NCBI RefSeq assembly: GCF_036365525.1
Contig: NC_090384.1
Location: 21,850,776-21,914,775 of the forward strand
Origin: Heterodontus francisci
Lineage: Eukaryota
Reading direction: 5' to 3'
DNA length: 64,000 nucleotides
In this document: piece by piece, positions 24,601 to 36,700 of the stretch
Position numbering within the stretch: position 1 is the first letter of the stretch
Layout of the letters: each line of letters begins with the position of its first letter
Made by a program: the position numbers and the translations under genes
Notes under the pieces: generated by a model
Told to the model about the DNA's origin: nothing
Databases searched by the model: none
Seen by the model: the letters and a program-made list of their open reading frames with translations, nothing else

Positions 24601-24750
24601 GGAGTATTGTAGTCCTTTTGGAATGGAGTATTGTAGTCCTTTTGGAATGGAGTATTGTAGTCCTGTTGGAATGGAGTATTGTAGTCCTTTTGGAATGGAG
24701 TATTGTAGTCCTGTTGGAATGGAGTATTGTAGTCCTGTTGGAATGGAGTA
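21660..24750 (+). repeat. Tandem duplication, unit 1559 bp (65 monomers minus 1 bp); boundaries approximate
   Basis: ORFs 21961/23520 and 22507/24066. The 1-bp deletion monomer and the rare variants tgtaatcc, tattttggtcc and ggaatagag recur at offset 1559. Confidence 0.85.
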
Positions 24751-27700
24751 TTGTAGTCCTGTTGGAATGGAGTTTTGTAGTCCTTTTGGAATGGAGTATT
24801 GTAGTCCTGTTGGAATGGAGTATTGTAGTCCCTTTGGAATGGAGTATTTTAGTCCTGTAGAAATGGAGTATTGTAGTCCTGTTGGAATGGAGTATTGTAG
24901 TCCTGTTGGAATGCAGTTTTGTAGTCCTGTTGGAATGGAATATTGTATTCCTGTTGGAATGGAGTATTGTAGTCCTGTAGAAATGGAGTATTGTAGTCCC
25001 TTTGGAATGGAGTATTGTAGTCCTGTTGGAATGGAGGACTGTAGTCCCGTTGGAATGGAGTCCCGTAGTCCCGTTGGAATGGACTATTGTAGTCCTGTTG
25101 CAATGAAGTATTGTAGTCCTTTTGGAATGGAGTATTGTAGTCCTGTAGAAATTGAGTATTGTAGTCCTGTTGGAATCGAGTATTGTCGTCCTGTTGGAAT
25201 GGACTATTGTTGTCCTTTTGGAATGGAGTATTGTAGTCCTGTTGGAATGGAGTATTGTAGTCCTGTTGGAATGGAGTATTGTATTCCTGTTGGAATGGAG
25301 TATTGTAGTCCCTTTGGAATGGAGTATTGTAGTCCTTTTGGAATGGAGTATTGTAGTCCTGTTGGAATCGAGTATTGTCGTCCTGTTGGAATGGACTATT
25401 GTAGTCCTTTTGGAATGGAGTATTGTAGTCCTGTTGGAATGGAGTATTGTAGTCCTGTTGGAATCGAGTATTGTCGTCCTGTTGGAATGGACTATTGTAG
25501 TCCTTTTGGAATGGAGTATTGTAGTCCTGTTGGAATGGAGTATTGTATTCCTGTTGGAATGGAGTATTGTAGTCCTGTTGGAATGGAGTATTGTATTCCT
25601 GTTGGAATGGACTATTGTAGTCCTTTTGGAATGGAGTATTGTAGTCCTGTTGGAATGGAGTATTGTATTCCTGTTGGAATGGAGTATTGTCGTCCTGTTG
25701 GAATCGAGTATTGTCGTCCTGTTGGAATGGACTATTGTAGTCCTTTTGGAATGGAGTATTGTAGACCTGTTGGAATGAAGTATTATAGTCCTGTTGGAAT
25801 GGAGTATTGTCGTCCTGTTGGAATGGACTATTGTTGTCCTGTTGGAATGGAGTATTGTATTCCTGTTGGAATGGAGTATTGTAGTCCTGTTGGAATGGAC
25901 TATTGTAGTCCTGTTGGAATGGAGTATTGTCGTCCTGTTGGAATGGACTATTGTTGTCCTGTTGGAATGGAGTATTGTAGTCCTGTTGGAATGGAGTATT
26001 GTAGTCCTGTTGGAATGGAGTATTGTAGTCCTGTTGCAATGGAGTATTGTGGTCCTGTTGGAATGGAGTATTGTAGTCCTGTTGGAATGGAGTATTGTAG
26101 TCCTGTTGGAATGGAGTATTGTAGTCCTGTTGGAATGGAGTATGATATTCCATTTGGAATGGAGTATTGTAGTCCTGTAGAAATGGAGTATTGTATTCCT
26201 GTTGGAATGGAGTATTGTAGTCCTGTAGAAATGGAGTATTGTAGTCCTGTTGGAATGGAGTATTGTAGTCCTGTTGGAATGCAGTTTTGTAGTCCTGTTG
26301 GAATGGAATATTGTATTCCTGTTGGAATGGAGTATTGTAGTCCTGTAGAAATGGAGTATTGTAGTCCTTTTGGAATGGAGTATTGTAGTCCTGTAGAAAT
26401 GGAGTATTGTAGTCCTTTTGGAATGGAGTATTGTGGTCCTGTTGGAATGGAGTATTGTAGTCCTGTTGGAATGGAGTATTGTAGTCCTTTTGGAATGGAT
26501 TATTGTGGTCCATTTGGAATGGAGTATTGTAGTCCATTTGGAATGGAGTATTGTAGTCCTGTAGAAATGGAGTATTGTAGTCCTTTTGGAATGGATTATT
26601 GTGGTCCATTTGGAATGGAGTATTGTAGTCCTGTTGGAATGGAGTATTGTAGTCCTGTTGGAATGGAGTATTGTAGTCCATTTGGAATGGAGTATTGTAG
26701 TCCTGTTGGAATGGAGTATTGTAGTCCTGTTGGAATGGAGTCTTGTAGTCCTGTTGGAATGGAGTATTGTCGTCCTGTAGAAATGGAGTATTGTAGTCCT
26801 GTTGGAATGGAGTATTGTAGTCCTGTTGGAATGGAGTATTGTAGTCCATTTGGAATGGAGTATTGTGGTCCTGTTGGAATGGAGTATTGTAGTCCTGTTG
26901 CAATGAAGTATTGTAGTCCTGTTGGAATGGAGTATTGTAGTCCATTTGGAATGGAGTATTGTAGTCCTGTAGAAATGGAGTATTGTAGTCCTTTTGGAAT
27001 GGAGTATTGTAGTCCTGTTGGAATGGAGTATTGTAGTCCATTTGGAATGGAGTATTGTAGTCCTGCAGAAATGGAGTATTGTGGTCCTGTTGGAATGGAG
27101 TATTGTAGTCCTGTCGAAATGGAGTATTGTAGTCCTTTTGGAATGGAGTATTGTAGTCCTTTTGGAATGGAGTATTGTGGTCCTGTTGGAATGGAGTATT
27201 GTAGTCCTGTTGGAATGGAGTATTGTCGTCCTGTTGGAATGGAGTATTGTAGTCCTTTTGGAATGGAGTATTGTAGTCCTTTTGGAATGGAGTATTGTGG
27301 TCCTGTTGGAATGGAGTATTGTAGTCCTGTTGGAATGGAGTATTGTAGTCCTGTAGAAATGGAGTATTGTAGTCCTTTTGGAATGGAGTATTGTAGTCCT
27401 GTTGGAATGGAGTATTGTAGTCCATTTGGAATGGAGTATTGTAGTCCTGCAGAAATGGAGTATTGTGGTCCTGTTGGAATGGAGTATTGTAGTCCTGTCG
27501 AAATGGAGTATTGTAGTCCTTTTGGAATGGAGTATTGTAGTCCTTTTGGAATGGAGTATTGTGGTCCTGTTGGAATGGAGTATTGTACTCCTGTTGGAAT
27601 GGAGTATTGTCGTCCTGTTGGAATGGAGTATTGTAGTCCATTTGGAATGGAGTATTGTAGTCCTTTTGGAATGGAGTATTGTAGTCCTTTTGGAATGGAG

Positions 27701-30700
27701 TATTGTGGTCCTGTTGGAATGGAGTATTGTAGTCCTGTTGGAATGGAGTATTGTAGTCCTGTTGGAATGGAGTACTGTAGTCCTGTTGGAATGGAGTATG
27801 ATATTCCATTTGGAATGGAGTATTGTAGTCCTGTAGAAATGGAGTATTGTATTCCTGTTGGAATGGAGTATTGTAGTCCTGTAGAAATGGAGTATTGTAG
27901 TCCTGTTGGAATGGAGTATTGTAGTCCTGTTGGAATGCAGTTTTGTAGTCCTGTTGGAATGGAATATTGTATTCCTGTTGGAATGGAGTATTGTAGTCCT
28001 GTAGAAATGGAGTATTGTAGTCCTTTTGGAATGGAGTATTGTAGTCCTGTAGACATGGAGTATTGTAGTCCTTTTGGAATGGAGTATTGTAGTCCTTTTG
28101 GAATGGAGTATTGTGGTCCTGTTGGAATGGAGTATTGTAGTCCTGTTGGAATGGAGCATTGTAGTCCATTTGGAATGGAGTATTGTAGTCCTGTAGAAAT
28201 GGAGTATTGTAGTCCTTTTGGAATGGATTATTGTGGTCCATTTGGAATGGAGTATTGTAGTCCTGTTGGAATGGAGTATTGTAGTCCTGTTGGAATGGAG
28301 TATTGTAGTCCATTTGGAATGGAGTATTGTAGTCCTGTTGGAATGGAGTATTGTAGTCCTGTTGGAATGGAGTCTTGTAGTCCTGTTGGAATGGAGTATT
28401 GTCGTCCTGTAGAAATGGAGTATTGTAGTCCTGTTGGAATGGGGTATTGTAGTCCTGTTGGAATGCAGTTTTGTAGTCCTGTTGGAATGGAATATTGTAT
28501 TCCTGTTGGAATGGAGTATTGTAGTCCTGTTGAAATGGAGTTTTTTACTCCCTTTGGAATGGAGTATTGTAGTCCTGTTGGAATGGAGTATTGTAGTCCT
28601 GTTGGAATGGAGTATTGTAGTCCTGTAGAAATGGAGTATTGTAGTCCCTTTGGAATGGAGTATTGTGGTCCTGTTGGAATGGAGTATTGTAGTCCTGTTG
28701 GAATGGAGTATTGCAGTCCTGTTTGAATGGAGTATTGTGGTCCTTTTGGAATGAAGTATTGTGGTCCTGTTGGAATGGAGTATTGTGGTCCTGTTGGAAT
28801 GGAGTATTGTAGTCCTGTTGGAATGGAGTATTGTAGTCCTTTTGGAATGGAGTATTGTAGTCCTGTAGAAATGGAGTATTGTAGTCCTTTTGGAATGGAG
28901 TATTGTAGTCCTGTTGGAATGGAGTATTGTAGTCCTGTTGGAATGGAGTATTGTAGTCCTGTAGAAATGGAGTATTGTTGTCCCCTTGGAATGGAGTATT
29001 GTGGTCCATTTGGAATGGAGTATTGTAGTCCTGTCGAAATGGAGTATTGTAGTCCCTTTGGAATGGAGTATTGTCGTCCTTTTGCAATGGAGTATTGTAG
29101 TCCTGTTGGAATGGAGTATTGTAGTCCTGTGGAAATGGAGTATTGTAGTCCTTTTGGAATGGAGTATTGTAGTCCTGTTGGAATGGAGTATTGTAGTCCT
29201 GTAGAAATGGAGTATTGTCGTCCCTTTGGAATGGAGTATTGTAGTCCTGTTGGAATGGAGTATTGTATTCCTGTTGGAATGGAGTATTGTAGTCCTTTTG
29301 GAATGGAGTATTGTCGTCCTGTTGGAATCGAGTATTGTCGTCCTGTTGGATTGGACTATTGTAGTCCTTTTGGAATGGAGTATTGTAGTCCTGTTGGAAT
29401 GGAGTATTATAGTCCTGTTGGAATGGAGTATTGTCGTCCTGTTGGAATGGACTATTGTTGTCCTGTTGGAATGGAGTATTGTATTCCTGTTGGAATGGAG
29501 TATTGTAGTCCTGTTGGAATGGACTATTGTAGTCCTGTTGGAATGGAGTATTGTCGTCCTGTTGGAATGGACTATTGTTGTCCTGTTGGAATGGAGTATT
29601 GTAGTCCTGTTGGAATGGAGTATTGTAGTCCTGTTGGAATGGAGTATTGTAGTCCTGTTGGAATGGAGTATTGTGGTCCTGTTGGAATGGAGTATTGTAG
29701 TCCTGTTGGAATGGAGTATTGTAGTCCTGTTGGAATGGAGTATGATATTCCATTTGGAATGGAGTATTGTAGTCCTGTAGAAATGGAGTATTGTATTCCT
29801 GTTGGAATGGAGTATTGTAGTCCTGTAGAAATGGAGTATTGTAGTCCTGTTGGAATGGAGTATTGTAGTCCTGTTGGAATGCAGTTTTGTAGTCCTGTTG
29901 GAATGGAATATTGTATTCCTTTTGGAATGGAGTATTGTAGTCCTGTAGAAATGGAGTATTGTAGTCCTTTTGGAATTGAGTATTGTAGTCCTGTAGAAAT
30001 GGAGTATTGTAGTCCTTTTGGAATGGATTATTGTGGTCCATTTGGAATGGAGTATTGTAGTCCATTTGGAATGGATTATTGTGGTCCATTTGGAATGGAG
30101 TATTGTAGTCCTGTTGGAATGGAGTATTGTAGTCCTGTTGGAATGGAGTATTGTAGTCCATTTGGAATGGAGTATTGTAGTCCTGTTGGAATGGAGTATT
30201 GTTGTCCTGTTGGAATGGTGTCTTGTAGTCCTGTTGGAATGGAGTATTGTCGTCCTGTAGAAATGGAGTATTGTCGTCCTGTTGGAATGGAGTATTGTAG
30301 TCCATTTGGAATGGAGTATTGTGGTCCTGTTGGAATGGAGTATTGTAGTCCTGTTGCAATGAAGTATTGTAGTCCTGTTGGAATGGAGTATTGTAGTCCA
30401 TTTGGAATGGAGTATTGTAGTCCTGCAGAAATGGAGTATTGTGGTCCTGTTGGAATGGAGTATTGTAGTCCTGTCGAAATGGAGTATTGCAGTCCTTTTG
30501 GAATGGAGTATTGTAGTCCTTTTGGAATGGAGTATTGTGGTCCTGTTGGAATGGAGTATTGTAGTCCTGTTGGAATGGAGTATTGTCGTCCTGTTGGAAT
30601 GGAGTATTGTAGTCCATTTGGAATGGAGTATTGTAGTCCTTTTGGAATGGAGTATTGTAGTCCTTTTGGAATGGAGTATTGTGGTCCTGTTGGAATGGAG

Positions 30701-33700
30701 TATTGTAGTCCTGTTGGAATGGACTATTGTTGTCCTTTTGGAATGGAGTATTGTAGTCCTTTTGGAATGGAGTATTGTAGTCCTTTTGGAATGGAGTATT
30801 GTGGTCCTGTTGGAATGGAGTATTGTAGTCCTGTTGGAATGGAGTATTGTAGTCCTGTTGGAATGGAGTACTGTAGTCCTGTTGGAATGGAGTATGATAT
30901 TCCATTTGGAATGGAGTATTGTAGTCCTGTAGAAATGGAGTATTGTATTCCTGTTGGAATGGAGTATTGTAGTCCTGTAGAAATGGAGTATTGTAGTCCT
31001 GTTGGAATGGAGTATTGTAGTCCTGTTGGAATGCAGTTTTGTAGTCCTGTTGGAATGGAATATTGTATTCCTGTTGGAATGGAGTATTGTAGTCCTGTAG
31101 AAATGGAGTATTGTAGTCCTTTTGGAATGGAGTATTGTAGTCCTGTAGAAATGGAGTATTGTAGTCCTTTTGGAATGGAGTATTGTAGTCCTTTTGGAAT
31201 GGAGTATTGTGGTCCTGTTGGAATGGAGTATTGTGGTCCTGTTGGAATGGAGTATTGTAGTCCTGTTGGAATGGAGTATTGTAGTCCATTTGGAATGGAG
31301 TATTGTAGTCCTGTAGAAATGGAGTATTGTAGTCCTTTTGGAATGGATTATTGTGGTCCATTTGGAATGGAGTATTGTAGTCCTGTTGGAATGGAGTATT
31401 GTAGTCCTGTTGGAATGGAGTATTGTAGTCCATTTGGAATGGAGTATTGTAGTCCTGTTGGAATGGAGTATTGTAGTCCTGTTGGAATGGAGTCTTGTAG
31501 TCCTGTTGGAATGGAGTATTGTCGTCCTGTAGAAATGGAGTATTGTAGTCCTGTTGGAATGGAGTATTGTAGTCCTGTTGGAATGCAGTTTTGTCGTCCT
31601 GTTGGAATGGAATATTGTATTCCTGTTGGAATGGAGTATTGTAGTCCTGTAGAAATGGAGTATTGTACTCACTTTGGAATGGAGTATTGTAGTCCTGTTG
31701 GAATGGAGTATTGTAGTCCTGTTGGAATGGAGTATTGCAGTCCTGTTTGAATGGAGTATTGTAGTCCTTTTGGAATGAAGTATTGTGGTCCTGTTGGAAT
31801 GGAGTATTGTAGTCCTGTTTGAATGGAGTATTGTAGTCCTTTTGGAATGAAGTATTGTGGTCCTGTTGGAATGGAGTATTGTGGTCCTGTTGGAATGGAG
31901 TATTGTAGTCCTGTTGGAATGGAGTATTGTGGTCCTGTTGGAATGGAGTATTGTAGTCCTGTTGGAATGGAGTATTGTAGTCCTTTTGGAATGGAGTATT
32001 GTCGTCCTGTTGGAATGGAGTATTGTAGTCCTTTTGGAATGGAGTATTGTAGTCCTGTAGAAATGGAGTATTGTAGTCCTTTTGGAATGGAGTATTGTAG
32101 TCCATTTGGAATGGAGTATTGTAGTCCTGTAGAAATGGAGTATTGTAGTCCTGTTGGAATGGAGTATTGTAGTCCTTTTGGAATGGAGTATTGTAGTCCT
32201 GTTGGAATGGAGTATTGTATTCCTGTTGGAATGGAGTATTGTAGTCCTTTTGGAATGGAGTATTGTCGTCCTGTTGGAATCGAGTATTGTCGTCCTGTTG
32301 GAATGGACTATTGTAGTCCTTTTGGAATGGAGTATTGTAGTCCTGTTGGAATGGAGTATTATAGTCCTGTTGGAATGGAGTATTGTCGTCCTGTTGGAAT
32401 GGACTATTGTTGTCCTGTTGGAATGGAGTATTGTATTCCTGTTGGAATGGAGTATTGTAGTCCTGTTGGAATGGACTATTGTAGTCCTGTTGGAATGGAG
32501 TATTGTCGTCCTGTTGGAATGGACTATTGTTGTCCTGTTGGAATGGAGTATTGTAGTCCTGTTGGAATGGAGTATTGTAGTCCTGTTGGAATGGAGTATT
32601 GTAGTCCTGTTGGAATGGAGTATTGTGGTCCTGTTGGAATGGAGTATTGTAGTCCTGTTGGAATGGAGTATTGTAGTCCTGTTGGAATGGAGTATGATAT
32701 TCCATTTGGAATGGAGTATTGTAGTCCTGTAGAAATGGAGTATTGTATTCCTGTTGGAATGGAGTATTGTAGTCCTGTAGAAATGGAGTATTGTAGTCCT
32801 GTTGGAATGGAGTATTGTAGTCCTGTTGGAATGCAGTTTTGTAGTCCTGTTGGAATGGAATATTGTATTCCTGTTGGAATGGAGTATTGTAGTCCTGTAG
32901 AAATGGAGTATTGTAGTCCTTTTGGAATGGAGTATTGTAGTCCTGTAGAAATGGAGTATTGTAGTCCTTTTGGAATGGATTATTGTGGTCCATTTGGAAT
33001 GGAGTATTGTAGTCCATTTGGAATGGATTATTGTGGTCCATTTGGAATGGAGTATTGTAGTCCTGTTGGAATGGAGTATTGTAGTCCTGTTGGAATGGAG
33101 TATTGTAGTCCATTTGGAATGGAGTATTGTAGTCCTGTTGGAATGGAGTATTGTAGTCCTGTTGGAATGGAGTCTTGTAGTCCTGTTGGAATGGAGTATT
33201 GTCGTCCTGTAGAAATGGAGTATTGTAGTCCTGTTGGAATGGAGTATTGTAGTCCATTTGGAATGGAGTATTGTGGTCCTGTTGGAATGGAGTATTGTAG
33301 TCCTGTTGCAATGAAGTATTGTAGTCCTGTTGGAATGGAGTATTGTAGTCCATTTGGAATGGAGTATTGTAGTCCTGTAGAAATGGAGTATTGTAGTCCT
33401 TTTGGAATGGAGTATTGTAGTCCTGTTGGAATGGAGTATTGTAGTCCATTTGGAATGGAGTATTGTAGTCCTGCAGAAATGGAGTATTGTGGTCCTGTTG
33501 GAATGGAGTATTGTAGTCCTGTCGAAATGGAGTATTGTAGTCCTTTTGGAATGGAGTATTGTAGTCCTTTTGGAATGGAGTATTGTGGTCCTGTTGGAAT
33601 GGAGTATTGTAGTCCTGTTGGAATGGAGTATTGTCGTCCTGTTGGAATGGAGTATTGTAGTCCATTTGGAATGGAGTATTGTAGTCCTTTTGGAATGGAG

Positions 33701-36700
33701 TATTGTAGTCCTTTTGGAATGGAGTATTGTGGTCCTGTTGGAATGGAGTATTGTAGTCCTGTTGGAATGGAGTATTGTAGTCCTGTAGAAATGGAGTATT
33801 GTAGTCCTTTTGGAATGGAGTATTGTAGTCCTTTTGGAATGGAGTATTGTGGTCCTGTTGGAATGGAGTATTGTAGTCCTGTTGGAATGGAGTATTGTAG
33901 TCCTGTTGGAATGGAGTACTGTAGTCCTGTTGGAATGGAGTATGATATTCCATTTGGAATGGAGTATTGTAGTCCTGTAGAAATGGAGTATTGTATTCCT
34001 GTTGGAATGGAGTATTGTAGTGCTGTAGAAATGGAGTATTGTAGTCCTGTAGAAATGGAGTATTGTAGTCCTGTTGGAATGGAGTATTGTAGTCCTTTTG
34101 GAATGGAGTATTGTAGTCCTGTTGGAATGGAGTATTGTATTCCTGTTGGAATGGAGTATTGTAGTCCTTTTGGAATGGAGTATTGTCGTCCTGTTGGAAT
34201 CGAGTATTGTCGTCCTGTTGGAATGGACTATTGTAGTCCTTTTGGAATGGAGTATTGTAGTCCTGTTGGAATGGAGTATTATAGTCCTGTTGGAATGGAG
34301 TATTGTCGTCCTGTTGGAATGGACTATTGTTGTCCTGTTGGAATGGAGTATTGTATTCCTGTTGGAATGGAGTATTGTAGTCCTGTTGGAATGGACTATT
34401 GTAGTCCTGTTGGAATGGAGTATTGTCGTCCTGTTGGAATGGACTATTGTTGTCCTGTTGGAATGGAGTATTGTAGTCCTGTTGGAATGGAGTATTGTAG
34501 TCCTGTTGGAATGGAGTATTGTAGTCCTGTTGGAATGGAGTATTGTGGTCCTGTTGGAATGGAGTATTGTAGTCCTGTTGGAATGGAGTATTGTAGTCCT
34601 GTTGGAATGGAGTATGATATTCCATTTGGAATGGAGTATTGTAGTCCTGTAGAAATGGAGTATTGTATTCCTGTTGGAATGGAGTATTGTAGTCCTGTAG
34701 AAATGGAGTATTGTAGTCCTGTTGGAATGGAGTATTGTAGTCCTGTTGGAATGCAGTTTTGTAGTCCTGTTGGAATGGAATATTGTATTCCTGTTGGAAT
34801 GGAGTATTGTAGTCCTGTAGAAATGGAGTATTGTAGTCCTTTTGGAATGGAGTATTGTAGTCCTGTAGAAATGGAGTATTGCAGTCCTTTTGGAATGGAT
34901 TATTGTGGTCCATTTGGAATGGAGTATTGTAGTCCATTTGGAATGGATTATTGTGGTCCATTTGGAATGGAGTATTGTAGTCCTGTTGGAATGGAGTATT
35001 GTAGTCCTGTTGGAATGGAGTATTGTAGTCCATTTGGAATGGAGTATTGTAGTCCTGTTGGAATGGAGTATTGTAGTCCTGTTGGAATGGAGTCTTGTAG
35101 TCCTGTTGGAATGGAGTATTGTCGTCCTGTAGAAATGGAGTATTGTAGTCCTGTTGGAATGGAGTATTGTAGTCCATTTGGAATGGAGTATTGTGGTCCT
35201 GTTGGAATGGAGTATTGTAGTCCTGTTGCAATGAAGTATTGTAGTCCTGTTGGAATGGAGTATTGTAGTCCATTTGGAATGGAGTATTGTAGTCCTGTAG
35301 AAATGGAGTATTGTAGTCCTTTTGGAATGGAGTATTGTAGTCCTGTTGGAATGGAGTATTGTAGTCCATTTGGAATGGAGTATTGTAGTCCTGCAGAAAT
35401 GGAGTATTGTGGTCCTGTTGGAATGGAGTATTGTAGTCCTGTCGAAATGGAGTATTGTAGTCCTTTTGGAATGGAGTATTGTAGTCCTTTTGGAATGGAG
35501 TATTGTGGTCCTGTTGGAATGGAGTATTGTAGTCCTGTTGGAATGGAGTATTGTAGTCCTGTTTGAATTGAGTATTGTCGTCCTGTTGGAATGGAGTATT
35601 GTAGTCCATTTGGAATGGAGTATTGTAGTCCTTTTGGAATGGAGAATTGCAGTCCTGTTTGAATTGAGTATTGTCGTCCTGTTGGAATGGAGTATTGTAG
35701 TCCGTTTGGAATGGAGTATTGTAGTCCTTTTGGAATGGAGTATTGTAGTCCTTTTGGAATGGAGTATTGTGGTCCTGTTGGAATGGAGTATTGTAGTCCT
35801 GTTGGAATGGAGTATTGTAGTCCATTTGGAATGGAGTATTGTAGTCCTGTTGGAATGGAGTATTGTGGTCCTGTAGAAATGGAGTATTGTAGTCCTTTTG
35901 GAATGAGTATTGTAGTCCTGTTGGAATGGAGTATTGTAGTCCTTTTGGAATGGAGTATTGTAGTCCTGTTGGAATGGAGTATTGTAGTCCTGTTGGAATG
36001 GAGTATTGTAGTCCTGTAGAAATGGAGTATTGTTGTTCCCTTGGAATGGAGTATTGTGGTCCATTTGGAATGGAGTATTGTAGTCCTGTCGAAATGGAGT
36101 ATTGTAGTCCCTTTGGAATGGAGTATTGTCGTCCTGTTGGAATGGAGTATTGTAGTCCTGTTGGAATGGAGTATTGTAGTCCTGTGGAAATGGAGTATTG
36201 TAGTCCTTTTGGAATGGAGTATTGTAGTCCTGTTGGAATAGAGTATTGTAGTCCTGTAGAAATGGAGTATTGTCGTCCCTTTGGAATGGAGTATTGTAGT
36301 CCTGTTGGAATGGAGTATTGTAGTCCTGTAGAAATGGAGTATTGTAGTCCCTTTGGAATGGAGTATTGTAGTCCTGTAGAAATGGAGTATTGTAGTCCTT
36401 TTGGAATGGAGTATTGTAGTCCTGTTGGAATGGAGTATTGTAGTCCTTTTGGAATGGAGTATTGTAGTCCTGTTGGAATGGAGTATTGTAGTCCCTTTGG
36501 AATGGAATATTGTAGTCCTGTAGAAATGGAGTATTGTAGTCCTGTTGGAATGGAGTATTGTAGTCCTGTAGAAATGGAGTATTGTAGTCCTTTTGGAATG
36601 GAGTATTGTAGTCCTTTTGGAATGGAGTATTGTAGTCCTGTTGGAATGGAGTATTGTAGTCCTTTTGGAATGGAGTATTGTAGTCCTGTTGGAATGGAGT

